From Parcubacteria group bacterium (GTDB lineage: Bacteria; Patescibacteriota; Minisyncoccia; JACPHC01): a stretch of 64,000 nt of DNA. The position numbers and the translations under genes are program-made. The number at the start of each line of letters is the position of its first letter. Within the stretch, counting starts at the first letter, position 1. This document shows, piece by piece, positions 1-8,511 of this stretch. The DNA is taken from NCBI GenBank assembly GCA_016188775.1, contig JACPHC010000006.1, positions 618 to 64,617 on the forward strand, read 5' to 3'. A model generated the notes under the pieces. That model was not told where the DNA came from. It worked only from the letters and a program-made list of their open reading frames with translations, and made no database searches.

Positions 1-240
1 ACGAGTCAAACTGAACGTATTCGCGTAGATGCTTCCGGCAACGTCGGCATCGGGACCACGACGCCTCAAAGTCTTTTGCAGGTAGCCAGCAACTACATTC
101 AGTTTCCTGCGATATCTGGAGCTGCGCCGGCGGCCGTGGACTGCGATGCGACTGCTGAAGCCGGCCGGATGGTGGTTCGAACCGATGGAGCAGCCAATCT
201 CTATATTTGCGCGGGCGTGGGCGGCTGGATTAGTAAATAA
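1..240 (+). CDS. Partial (3' end) surface/fibre-like protein with GNVGIGTTTP motif
   Basis: Frame 1 open from base 1 to TAA at 238-240: TSQTERIRVDASGNVGIGTTTPQSLLQV...GRMVVRTDGAANLYICAGVGGWISK*; not in ORF track; GC-richer than neighbours. Confidence 0.75.
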   Translation, partial: TSQTERIRVDASGNVGIGTTTPQSLLQVASNYIQFPAISGAAPAAVDCDATAEAGRMVVRTDGAANLYICAGVGGWISK

Positions 241-302
241 AGCCTCTAATCAAAAATGCGCTATAATATCGCGCGACTATTTATAGCAAGTAAAGTCGAG
301 CT

Positions 303-1193
303 ATGCCCAATATTCAAACATTATTTAAAGACTATCTTGACTATTTAGAAATTGAAAAAAACCGCTCTATTAAAACGCGGGAAAATTACGAACATTATTT
401 AAATCGTTTTTCAGAATTCACCAAAATCCAAAATCCGGAAAATATCACTGACGAGGAGGTCAGAAAATACCGAATAGAATTAAATCGCCTTTCTCCGCCG
501 CTTTCCAAAATCACTCAAAATTATCATATTATCGCTTTAAGAAATTTTCTCAAATATCTCGCCAAGCGAGAAATCAAAACTTTAAGTCCGGAAAAAATCG
601 AGCTGGCGCGAATTCCGCAAAGAGAAATAGATATTTTGGGCTACGCGGATTTGGAGCGATTGCTCAAGACGCCACAAAGCGGCGATCTTTTTGCTCTCCG
701 AGACAAAGCGATTTTGGAAACTTTATTCTCCACCGGTCTTCGCGTCTCAGAGCTAGTGCGTTTAAACAGAGATTCAATCGATTTAAAAAGAAAAGAATTT
801 AGCGTCCGGGGAAAAGGCGGAAAAATCCGAGTGGTATTTCTATCGCCTCAGGCCGTTTCCGCCATTAAAAATTATCTGGAAAAAAGAGGGGATATCGAAG
901 AATCTCTTTTTGTCAGCGCCAATGAAAAAAATAAAACGCCGAGCCGACTGACCAGCCGCACGATTGAAAGACTGATTAAAAAATACGCGACTCAGGCCGG
1001 CATTGCCAAGAAAGTCACGCCTCACTCCCTGCGCCACCTTTTCGCCACTGATCTTTTGCAAAACGGCGCGGATTTAAGGTCGGTCCAATCCCTTTTGGGC
1101 CACGCCAATGTTTCCACTACCCAAATTTACACTCATTTTACCGATCGAGAACTCAAAGAAATCCATCAAGCTTTTCACGGAAAAAAAAGATAA
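303..1193 (+). CDS. xerC: Tyrosine recombinase XerC/XerD family
   Basis: N-terminal SAM-like domain; catalytic motifs TGLRVSEL, GKGGK, HSLRH, LGHANVSTTQIYT; 296 aa. C versus D cannot be resolved. Confidence 0.9.
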   Translation: MPNIQTLFKDYLDYLEIEKNRSIKTRENYEHYLNRFSEFTKIQNPENITDEEVRKYRIELNRLSPPLSKITQNYHIIALRNFLKYLAKREIKTLSPEKIELARIPQREIDILGYADLERLLKTPQSGDLFALRDKAILETLFSTGLRVSELVRLNRDSIDLKRKEFSVRGKGGKIRVVFLSPQAVSAIKNYLEKRGDIEESLFVSANEKNKTPSRLTSRTIERLIKKYATQAGIAKKVTPHSLRHLFATDLLQNGADLRSVQSLLGHANVSTTQIYTHFTDRELKEIHQAFHGKKR

Positions 1194-1213
1194 GAATATA
1201 CAAAATTCAATCA

Positions 1214-1426
1214 TTTGTCATTGCGAGAAGCGAAGCGACGAAGCAATCTTATTTGTCATTGCGAGAAGCGAATCGACGAAGCAATCTTATTTGTCATTGC
1301 GAGAAACTGAAAGGAGCGTGGCAACCTCATTTGTCGTTGCGAGAAACTGAAAGGAGCGTGGCAATCTCATAATTTGAACTAAATATTTATTAGATTGCTT
1401 CGGCGATTTCATCGCCTCACAATGAC
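1214..1426. repeat. Four tandem REP-like units (38,38,40,40 bp) plus one inverted partner
   Basis: TTTGTCATTGCGAG...GCAATCT units at 1214, 1252, 1290, 1330; inverted AGATTGC...CTCACAATGAC at 1392-1426. Confidence 0.9.
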
Positions 1427-1501
1427 GATTGGTTCGCAATATTTCAAAAATCCATTTTCTTCGCTTTTTAAAAACAAAATTATTTTACAAACAAAAACCT
1501 G

Positions 1502-2824
1502 CTATTCGCGCAGGTTTTTTAAAATTAAATCTTTGAGAATTAAGCCTTGAAGACTATCGTAAACAATATCGCCGATTTCCGGCCCGACGGAAACTCTCAT
1601 TTGATAAGGATATTTTTTTGCTTGCCAATCGTTTTTGAAAATTATATAACCCAACTCGTCATTGACCAACCCTAAAATAAATCGGCGTTTAACTTTATGG
1701 ATAGCGAGAACTTGGCGCAATGCTTGGCCGATATTCGGCATGGCTTCGCCGGGAATTGTCAAAAATACGGCTTGGCCAATTCTGATAGAATTTACCTCGG
1801 TCTCAATTTTTCCTTCATTGTCCCTCCTTTCTTCAATCACGCCCAAAAAAATCATCATTTTAAATTTCCAGTCTTCCATCGGAACTTTAATTAATTTCTG
1901 CCGAACGACAATTTCCGGATTTTTTTCTTCTTCTTTATTCTTTAAAGCGGAAAAAATTTTTTCCGATAAAAGCTGGCCGTTAATTTCAACCGTGCCCCAA
2001 TCGTTACGATTGCCTTCGTGATGATTGACTATAGCCCCGACTCCACCTTGGGCGCCGTTGATAAAAACAGGCGTTCCGCCTAATTCTTTTTCCAATCTCT
2101 CATAAACCGGCCAAAGAATATCCGCGCTGACGTAATTGCCATAAATCAAATTGGGATGCATGGCGTAATTAAATAATAAAGCGATATTTTTGCCGCCGGC
2201 ATCGTCGAGCGACATAATTTCCAGAGGAGCGTTGTTTAATATTTCGGACCCGAAAGAGATTTTAGCTTTTTTAAAATTATCCCAGGAAGAACGAATACAA
2301 GATGCGGCCCGCTTTTTCACGCTCGCGATGTAATTATTATCTTTGCCGGAGATAAAAAATATCGGCCCCCAAAGACCCATTGTGTCCGGGGCCGCATGAG
2401 TATGCGTAAAAGCTAAAAACAAATGAGAAGGGGGGATAATGTCAGCAACGCTTTTTTTAATTTCATTGATATCACCTCGGCCCATACCGATTAAATCAAA
2501 GGAGGCGAAAACTAATCCGTTTTGGCCGTCGTGTATTGATAAACACCGAACCCAAATATCGTCATGAATGTCTTCGGCCACCCGAAAATTGATTCCAAAT
2601 CCGTAGCCGGCCAAATAAAATCTGTTCGCCTTGATGTCCGGCGTAATTTTTTCTTTAGCCGCGCCGGCCAAAACTTCGTTGTTGCCAAGCCGGCCGGATA
2701 AAATCGGCGGATCGTAATGATTGGGATTGAATTCCGGCCTGTTGAAAAAATCATTTTTAATGGCCATTTCTTTGGCGCAGCCGAAACAAAATAAAATCAT
2801 GAAAAAACCGATTATTCGTTTCAC
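1502..2824 (-). CDS. Neutral/alkaline ceramidase-like lipoprotein
   Basis: Lipobox-like CFGC; LAGYG, IHDDIWVR, THTHAAP, NYAMHP, NGAQG, IPGE, LGLVND motifs; GTG at 2824 preceded by GGAGG (ORF track start 2836). Confidence 0.75.
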   Translation of the reverse strand: MKRIIGFFMILFCFGCAKEMAIKNDFFNRPEFNPNHYDPPILSGRLGNNEVLAGAAKEKITPDIKANRFYLAGYGFGINFRVAEDIHDDIWVRCLSIHDGQNGLVFASFDLIGMGRGDINEIKKSVADIIPPSHLFLAFTHTHAAPDTMGLWGPIFFISGKDNNYIASVKKRAASCIRSSWDNFKKAKISFGSEILNNAPLEIMSLDDAGGKNIALLFNYAMHPNLIYGNYVSADILWPVYERLEKELGGTPVFINGAQGGVGAIVNHHEGNRNDWGTVEINGQLLSEKIFSALKNKEEEKNPEIVVRQKLIKVPMEDWKFKMMIFLGVIEERRDNEGKIETEVNSIRIGQAVFLTIPGEAMPNIGQALRQVLAIHKVKRRFILGLVNDELGYIIFKNDWQAKKYPYQMRVSVGPEIGDIVYDSLQGLILKDLILKNLRE

Positions 2825-2946
2825 TTTATCCTCCAAAACAAGTTTTTAAAGTGCTTCTAATTTGAAGATAATACTTAAAAATAAAATTGGCAAATAAAAA
2901 TAAATATTATACATTGCATTTTAATTTATCACGATAATTGGCCATG

Positions 2947-3110
2947 GCTTAATAGCTCAATAGCTTAATAGCTTAATAAAACTTAAGCGCTTGATGTAAT
3001 TACTAAAAATTAAATAAAGAATAATAAAAAATCAAAAAATCTTTATCAAAAAATCTTTATCAAAAAATCTTTCTACATACTTTCAAACGATCGTTTGAAA
3101 GTATGTAGAA
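2947..3110. repeat. Cluster of short tandem repeats and a perfect 40-bp palindrome
   Basis: GCTTAATA x4 (2947-2978, one mismatch); ATCAAAAAATCTTT x3 (3031-3072); perfect palindrome TTCTACATACTTTCAAACGA/TCGTTTGAAAGTATGTAGAA (3071-3110). Confidence 0.9.
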
Positions 3111-3138
3111 TATAACATAATTAAAAATAATTAAAACA

Positions 3139-3170
3139 TAAAAGACCTGAAAAATTTTTCAGGTCTTTTA
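3139..3170 (-). terminator. Hairpin terminator downstream of the 3195-3587 gene
   Basis: TAAAAGACCTGAAAAA / TTTTTCAGGTCTTTTA inverted repeat. Confidence 0.6.
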
Positions 3171-3194
3171 ATAAAATTTTACTGCGTAAAATTT

Positions 3195-3587
3195 TTATCG
3201 TTTTCTTTCCGCTTCTCTCGCGGCATCATACATATTTTTTTGACTCAGCCACAACTGACAGCTTGGCCAGCCTGGCTTTTCCCAACAATGCGAAGGCATT
3301 GGGCCGGGGTGAGGCACTGAAAATTCCAAATAGTACCGTTTCTCAACCCGGGCGCAATCCGTATGGGGATAGGGATTGCGATTATAATCGCATTTATACT
3401 CCCAAGTTCGCCACATTGGCCACCAGCCGGCAATCGCGCGCTGTCTGGCATTATAATCGTCCTTTTGAACCTCAACCGGTATCGGTTGATAATAGCCAAT
3501 ACAGCCGCTGAGAAAAATCGCCATTAGCAATACGGTAAAAATATTCAATCCGAATCCTATCGCGTCGTCTATTTTCTGATAATTCAT
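3195..3587 (-). CDS. Hypothetical Cys/Trp-rich lipoprotein
   Basis: Hydrophobic stretch ending LSGC lipobox; AGGAGG Shine-Dalgarno upstream of ATG. Confidence 0.7.
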   Translation of the reverse strand: MNYQKIDDAIGFGLNIFTVLLMAIFLSGCIGYYQPIPVEVQKDDYNARQRAIAGWWPMWRTWEYKCDYNRNPYPHTDCARVEKRYYLEFSVPHPGPMPSHCWEKPGWPSCQLWLSQKNMYDAAREAERKR

Positions 3588-3822
3588 TTCTCCTCCTTTT
3601 AAAAGTGAAAAAACAATTTTTCCAATAATCCAATGAATTTAAAATTTTTAAACACCTAATATATAATATATCAAAAAATATAATATTGAGTAATGAAGAG
3701 TAAAAACACAATTTATTTTAAAATAACTGATAATACAATAACTCTAAAATAGGTTTTTGTCAAATTTTTTTCATTATTACGTCTCCATGCAGGCATAACG
3801 CAATAAAGGATATTTTTTTGTC

Positions 3823-3862
3823 TTACTAAACTTAATTGGACGGCCGTTTAATTAGTTTAGTA
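3823..3862. repeat. ~40-bp palindromic element, family C (other copies 30110-30149, 48696-48733)
   Basis: ACTAAACT(T)A(A/T)T(G/T)GAC(G/A)GCCGT...AG(T/C)T(T/C)AGTA shared by three intergenic sites. Confidence 0.8.
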
Positions 3863-4011
3863 TGAATATCAATTGCTTAAGTTTAGAAAAGTTTATAAAT
3901 TAAAGAATTTACACCTTTAGCGACGATCGTAAATAAAAGTGTAAATTTCAAAAAATAAACGCATATAGAGCAATCAATGGGGAGTTGAACTCTCATAAAT
4001 TACTCTAAAAA

Positions 4012-4020
4012 TTATCCACA
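4012..4020 (+). promoter_or_regulatory. Consensus DnaA box upstream of the T4SS-like cluster
   Basis: TTATCCACA exact match. Confidence 0.45.
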
Positions 4021-4045
4021 ATTTGTTTCTTGTTTAATTAAAATA

Positions 4046-5824
4046 TTGTATAATACTGACACAACCGTGAATAATAATTTTTTCAACTCAAAAAAGAGGG
4101 TTATTTTGGGAATGGTTTTTGTTATTTTATTTTTGGCGCTGATTGTTCCTTTAAAAACCGAGGCTTCTATATGGAATCCACTTGACAATCTTTTAGACGC
4201 TATCATAACTGCTATTGTTCAAATATCTAATTTTCTAGTTGGATGGATTCTCTATATTATTCTTACCCCATTAGGCATATTCGCCGGCTGGCTTCTTGAT
4301 CCGACACTGATCCCGATTATTAACAGCGATGTTGTGACAACCGGTTATAAAATCACTTTGGATTTAGCCAATATGTTTTTTGTTTTGATTATTATAGTTA
4401 TCGCGTTCGCGACAATTTTTCGAATTAAAAGTTATGGCGCGGAGAGTCTTTTACCGAACTTAATTATCACCGCGGTCCTAATTAATTTCAGTAAAGTGAT
4501 TGCCGGAGTGGTCATTGATTTTTCCAATGTTTTAACCTCTTTTTTCCTCGAGAGAATATCAAGCAATTCCAGCGGCGTCTCGGCATCAATCGCCAACGCT
4601 CTTAAAGCGGCGGCTCTTTTTCCCACAAATCTTCCATCGGGCACCGGATCAAGTTTAGCGGGCTGGTTGAATGTTCTGGGCGGAATAATAGTCACTTGGA
4701 TTTTCGCTTTAGTAACCATCGCCGTCTTTGCTTCTTTTGTAGTTTTATTATTTTCCAGGGTTTTTGCCTTATGGATGCTTCTGATCGGAGCGCCTTTGGC
4801 TTGGCTTTTTCGAATCTTGCCTAAAACCCAAAAATATTGGAATGATTGGTGGGAAAAATTAATCAGCTGGTCTTTTGTCGCTCCTGTTTTTTCTTTTTTT
4901 CTTTATTTAGCCCTTAAAACCAATCAAACCATGAAAGATGCGCTTGGAAATCCACTTACGGACAACACTGGAGCGGGCGCTGAATTATCAAAAACTAATC
5001 CTATGCTTGAGCCGACTTTTTTGCTCAATTACATAGTTTTAATAGGCCTTCTATTGTATGGCGTTAAAACTTCCAAAAAAATGGCCGATTATATGCCTCA
5101 AGCCTTGTCAGCCGGCTGGCAAAGCGCCAAGGGCGGTTTTAAAAAAGCCGCTGGCATAAAAAGCCTTCAAGAACGAGCTAAAGAATTTGGGGGGAAAGTT
5201 GGCGAAAAAACCTCGCAAATCGCTTCTCGTTTACCCGGGGCCGGTCTTGTTTTACCCAAAGCCGGGGAAATAAGAACTGCCAGAAAAATAGAAAAAGGAG
5301 CCAAAAAAACGGGAGAACAGGCCAAACAAGAAATGGATGTTATTAAAAAACGAGCTCGAGGAGCAGTGTTAACCAAGGAAGAACAAAAAATAGCCGATAA
5401 TCCTCAATATTTAGCAAAAACGGAACAAACAGCGTTAGAAAAACAAGCTCGAGGAGCAGTGATGACTCCGGAAGAACAAAAAACAGCTGCAAGGCTTGAT
5501 GCTGCTTACGCTACCAGCGATCTTGATTTTGGCCGTAATGTTATTGAACAAAAAGCAAAAAATATCGCCCAACGCAGCACTATTGGTCAAAGATTAAAAA
5601 TAAGAGCCAAAAGCGTAATACGCCCGTCGGGAATCCTTACACCCACTCCCACCGCTGATGAGGCCGCGCTTCTTTTAGCCACTTCGCATAAAACTTATAA
5701 AAAAGAGTTTGAAAAACGCAAAAAAATAAATCAATGGCCTTATTCTGAAGGACAAAAAACTGCAAAAGAAAAAGCTTTGGAATCACTGGAAGAGTATTTT
5801 AAACCGCCGCCAACTTCGCCATAA
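4046..5824 (+). CDS. VirB6/TrbL-like polytopic membrane protein
   Basis: Many TM helices; LINFSKVIAGVVIDFSN and WLFRILPKTQKYWNDWW patterns typical of CPR VirB6-like proteins; basic C-terminal tail with an internal ARGAVxTxEEQK repeat; start uncertain. Confidence 0.75.
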   Translation: MYNTDTTVNNNFFNSKKRVILGMVFVILFLALIVPLKTEASIWNPLDNLLDAIITAIVQISNFLVGWILYIILTPLGIFAGWLLDPTLIPIINSDVVTTGYKITLDLANMFFVLIIIVIAFATIFRIKSYGAESLLPNLIITAVLINFSKVIAGVVIDFSNVLTSFFLERISSNSSGVSASIANALKAAALFPTNLPSGTGSSLAGWLNVLGGIIVTWIFALVTIAVFASFVVLLFSRVFALWMLLIGAPLAWLFRILPKTQKYWNDWWEKLISWSFVAPVFSFFLYLALKTNQTMKDALGNPLTDNTGAGAELSKTNPMLEPTFLLNYIVLIGLLLYGVKTSKKMADYMPQALSAGWQSAKGGFKKAAGIKSLQERAKEFGGKVGEKTSQIASRLPGAGLVLPKAGEIRTARKIEKGAKKTGEQAKQEMDVIKKRARGAVLTKEEQKIADNPQYLAKTEQTALEKQARGAVMTPEEQKTAARLDAAYATSDLDFGRNVIEQKAKNIAQRSTIGQRLKIRAKSVIRPSGILTPTPTADEAALLLATSHKTYKKEFEKRKKINQWPYSEGQKTAKEKALESLEEYFKPPPTSP

Positions 5825-5852
5825 CAAAAATTATTAAAACTAACTACTAAAT

Positions 5853-6248
5853 ATGCCAATACCAAACACAATTTACGGCTTAAGTCATTTTTCCAGCGAC
5901 CAAATTAAAGCTTTGGCCCATGCCTTGGAGGCCGAGGAATTAAATCCGTACACTATTTACAAACAAAGACCGGACGCTCTGCCGGAACGGGAACTGGAAG
6001 ATGTTATAAAAAAAATGAGTCCGGAAGAAGCCTCGGACATTGTGCCGGACAGTTTTAGCGGAGAGAAAGGGATAGAAATAGTTTCTTCCCTGTCTCTGCG
6101 CCAACTTGAAAAAATAGGCTCGGATGGCGACCCGATTCTAAAAGAAACGATTAAAATCAGTCTGGAAAAAGCTATTGAAAAAAAACCGGGCGATTTCAAT
6201 CTTCAAAAAATTTTAAATTATATTAATAACAGCCCAGCCTGGCAATAA
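5853..6248 (+). CDS. Hypothetical protein
   Basis: 131-aa ORF co-oriented within the cluster. Confidence 0.7.
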   Translation: MPIPNTIYGLSHFSSDQIKALAHALEAEELNPYTIYKQRPDALPERELEDVIKKMSPEEASDIVPDSFSGEKGIEIVSSLSLRQLEKIGSDGDPILKETIKISLEKAIEKKPGDFNLQKILNYINNSPAWQ

Positions 6249-6277
6249 AACTATGCCTATCCAAAAACTCAACCAAC

Positions 6278-6370
6278 TGTCATTGCGAGGAGCGGAGCGA
6301 CGAAACAATCTAATAAATATTAGTTCAAATTATGGGATTGCCACGCTCCTTTCAGTCTCTCGCGATGACA
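6278..6370. repeat. REPIN-like inverted pair (family A)
   Basis: TGTCATTGCGAG...CAATCT ... GATTGCC...CTCGCGATGACA. Confidence 0.85.
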
Positions 6371-6400
6371 AAAAAGTTTTCGAACGGACTAAATAAAACT

Positions 6401-7090
6401 ATGGAAGAATTAAAAAAATCCAATCCTTTAATAGCCGAGGAAGAAGAAATGGTTCCCAAACCATCCAAGGATCAAATTGTCTTATGGGAAGAATTGGAAA
6501 AAAGAGTGCCGGAGGAAAATGTCATTGTCTGGACCGAAGGATTCTACCAACTGCCCCAAAATATCCGCGATTATTTAGCTCGCGAAGATACGAGTTTAAA
6601 AATAAAAAATCTCGCCATAAATTTTAATTTCAATCAAGCCGAAACCCAATATTTAAACCGCCTGATTAACGGCTTTTTTATCGGCGCTATTAATCCCTCC
6701 AATTTCTTTGATTATCTCAAAAAGGGCTTTAAAAATTTAAAGGACGAGGAAGTCAAAAAATTAGCGGAAAATATCCGCGAGGCCATATTTCTGCCTCAAA
6801 GAGATTTTCTCCGTCAAAAACATAATTTGGAAGAAACTAAAACTTCTCAACCGGCTCCGGCGCCAAAACAATTGCCAATTGATCAAGATATTTATCGGGA
6901 ACCGGCCGACGAAGAGCCAAAAATCCCGCCTCAAGCCAACGGCGTGGTTTTTCTCTCCGATGACATAAAAATCAAACTGGATGATCCTCAACGTCTGAAA
7001 AAATTAGGCAAATTTTTAATTGATCTGGGTGAAAAAACTATTGAAAAAAAGAGGAAAAAAGACGCGGAAAACGAGATTTTTAAAATTTAA
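6401..7090 (+). CDS. Hypothetical protein
   Basis: ORF 6332-7090; its N-terminus is repeat-derived, so ATG 6401 is preferred; Pro-rich tail with DIYREP motif. Confidence 0.7.
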   Translation: MEELKKSNPLIAEEEEMVPKPSKDQIVLWEELEKRVPEENVIVWTEGFYQLPQNIRDYLAREDTSLKIKNLAINFNFNQAETQYLNRLINGFFIGAINPSNFFDYLKKGFKNLKDEEVKKLAENIREAIFLPQRDFLRQKHNLEETKTSQPAPAPKQLPIDQDIYREPADEEPKIPPQANGVVFLSDDIKIKLDDPQRLKKLGKFLIDLGEKTIEKKRKKDAENEIFKI

Positions 7091-7102
7091 TTTTTTATAA
7101 AT

Positions 7103-7573
7103 ATGGCGCATTCTCCAATAGACAAGGCGGCATTAGCGATTGCCCAGCGGATAGCTAATAAATTAAATAATTTAATTGAACAAGGCCATGATACAATAGC
7201 TTTTTTATTAGCTATTCTTTTAGCTTTTTTGAAAGACGGAATGGATGTGATTCTAGATTTGATGCTGATAGGAGAAATTCCAATTATTGGTCAAATGCCA
7301 GGAATTCTAATTTCCGCGATTTTAATGTATTTTTTATGGGGGAAAGGATGGTTTAATACGACAAAAGTAAAAATAATATTATGGGGACTTGGGGTTTTTG
7401 CTGATAATCTGCCTTTTTTGATAAATGATTTACCATTAACTGTCTTGACAGTTTTGATGGCTTGGCATGTTGTGCGTAAAAGAGCCAAAAAAGCCAAAAA
7501 AGATTTAGACAAATTAAGTAAAAAAACAATAAAAGAATTAGAACAAATTGATAAAGAATTAGAAACAGCTTAA
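7103..7573 (+). CDS. Hypothetical membrane protein
   Basis: 3-4 TM segments and a basic coiled-coil C-terminus. Confidence 0.75.
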   Translation: MAHSPIDKAALAIAQRIANKLNNLIEQGHDTIAFLLAILLAFLKDGMDVILDLMLIGEIPIIGQMPGILISAILMYFLWGKGWFNTTKVKIILWGLGVFADNLPFLINDLPLTVLTVLMAWHVVRKRAKKAKKDLDKLSKKTIKELEQIDKELETA

Positions 7574-7623
7574 TAAATATAGAGCGATTAATAAAAAAAT
7601 GATATAATAAAAAATACTAATCA

Positions 7624-8511
7624 ATGAGATTAGCTTTAAATCCAAAAATAAATTCAATGATTTTACCGGCGGTTAGCCTGCTGACCGTTTTAGGTATTGG
7701 TTTAATCGGTTTTGGTGTTTTTAAATCCGGCAATAAATTGGAAATAGAATTTAAAAACGGCCGGCTGACTCCTCAAAGCACCCAAAATATCAGCGAAATT
7801 TTTTCTCAAAATCTCAAAAAGGCGATTTCCCAAAACGTCGCTCCGGAAAAAATTTTTGAAAACACAAAGTTGAATTTCAAAAGCGACGAAACTTTAACCG
7901 CGCTTTTATCTCAAAATTTTCTTTCCGAAATAACCAAAAAAAATCCGGCCCAAATTCAAGATCCGTCTTTTATAGAAGCTCTTAAAGATTCATCTGATCC
8001 GGCAAGTTTTCTGGGAATCAGCGATTTAAATCCGGCTTTTGCCGATAAATCAAAAGAAATTATGAATTCATTGATTTACAACCCGCCGAGCTTTACTACC
8101 AAAAATAACGCCAGTTTGAAAGATAAAGTAAATTATTTCTCCGCTCTTAAAAATTTAATCTTGCCGTTTCAAAAAACAAACCCTTTAATTATCCAGGCAG
8201 CGCTGCAAACAAAAAATTACGCCGAACTGGATAGACGGATTGAAAAATTAAAAACCTCTCTCTTGAGCTTTGAAAAATTAGAAGCGCCGAAAGAATACAT
8301 CGATCTTCATAAAAAAATAATCAGTTTTAACGGCTATCAAATCAACGTTTTTGAAGAAATAAAAAAAGCCGGGGAAAATAACGATCCTTTAAAGCAATAT
8401 CTGATTATAATTTCTTACGATGAAATTTTAAATAATAATTATAAAACAACTATTTTAGAAACAATAAACGAAGCTAAAAAAATGATTAGCGAGATTAAGA
8501 AACTAAAATGA
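7624..8511 (+). CDS. Hypothetical membrane-anchored protein
   Basis: N-terminal TM; TGnTATAAT upstream; overlaps next gene (ATGA). Confidence 0.75.
   Translation: MRLALNPKINSMILPAVSLLTVLGIGLIGFGVFKSGNKLEIEFKNGRLTPQSTQNISEIFSQNLKKAISQNVAPEKIFENTKLNFKSDETLTALLSQNFLSEITKKNPAQIQDPSFIEALKDSSDPASFLGISDLNPAFADKSKEIMNSLIYNPPSFTTKNNASLKDKVNYFSALKNLILPFQKTNPLIIQAALQTKNYAELDRRIEKLKTSLLSFEKLEAPKEYIDLHKKIISFNGYQINVFEEIKKAGENNDPLKQYLIIISYDEILNNNYKTTILETINEAKKMISEIKKLK

Noticed and set aside
1-240. Prophage tail fibre
   Set aside because: GNVGIGT motifs are common in CPR surface proteins and no other phage structural genes are visible; gene is truncated by the window
1108-1350. 80-aa ORF with VIARS repeats
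   Set aside because: Translation of the REP tandem, overlapping the end of the recombinase gene
1214-1369. CRISPR array
   Set aside because: Units are contiguous REP-like palindromes with short, duplicated cores rather than unique ~30-bp spacers; no cas genes; same motif is dispersed as inverted pairs
3110-3140. dif site (ATATAACATAA resembles a XerD arm)
   Set aside because: No matching XerC arm at 6-bp spacing, and the location is near the origin, not the terminus
303-3587. Integron (integrase plus attC cassettes)
   Set aside because: Recombinase is Xer-sized with no evident IntI-specific insertion; palindromes lack RYYYAAC/GTTRRRY ends
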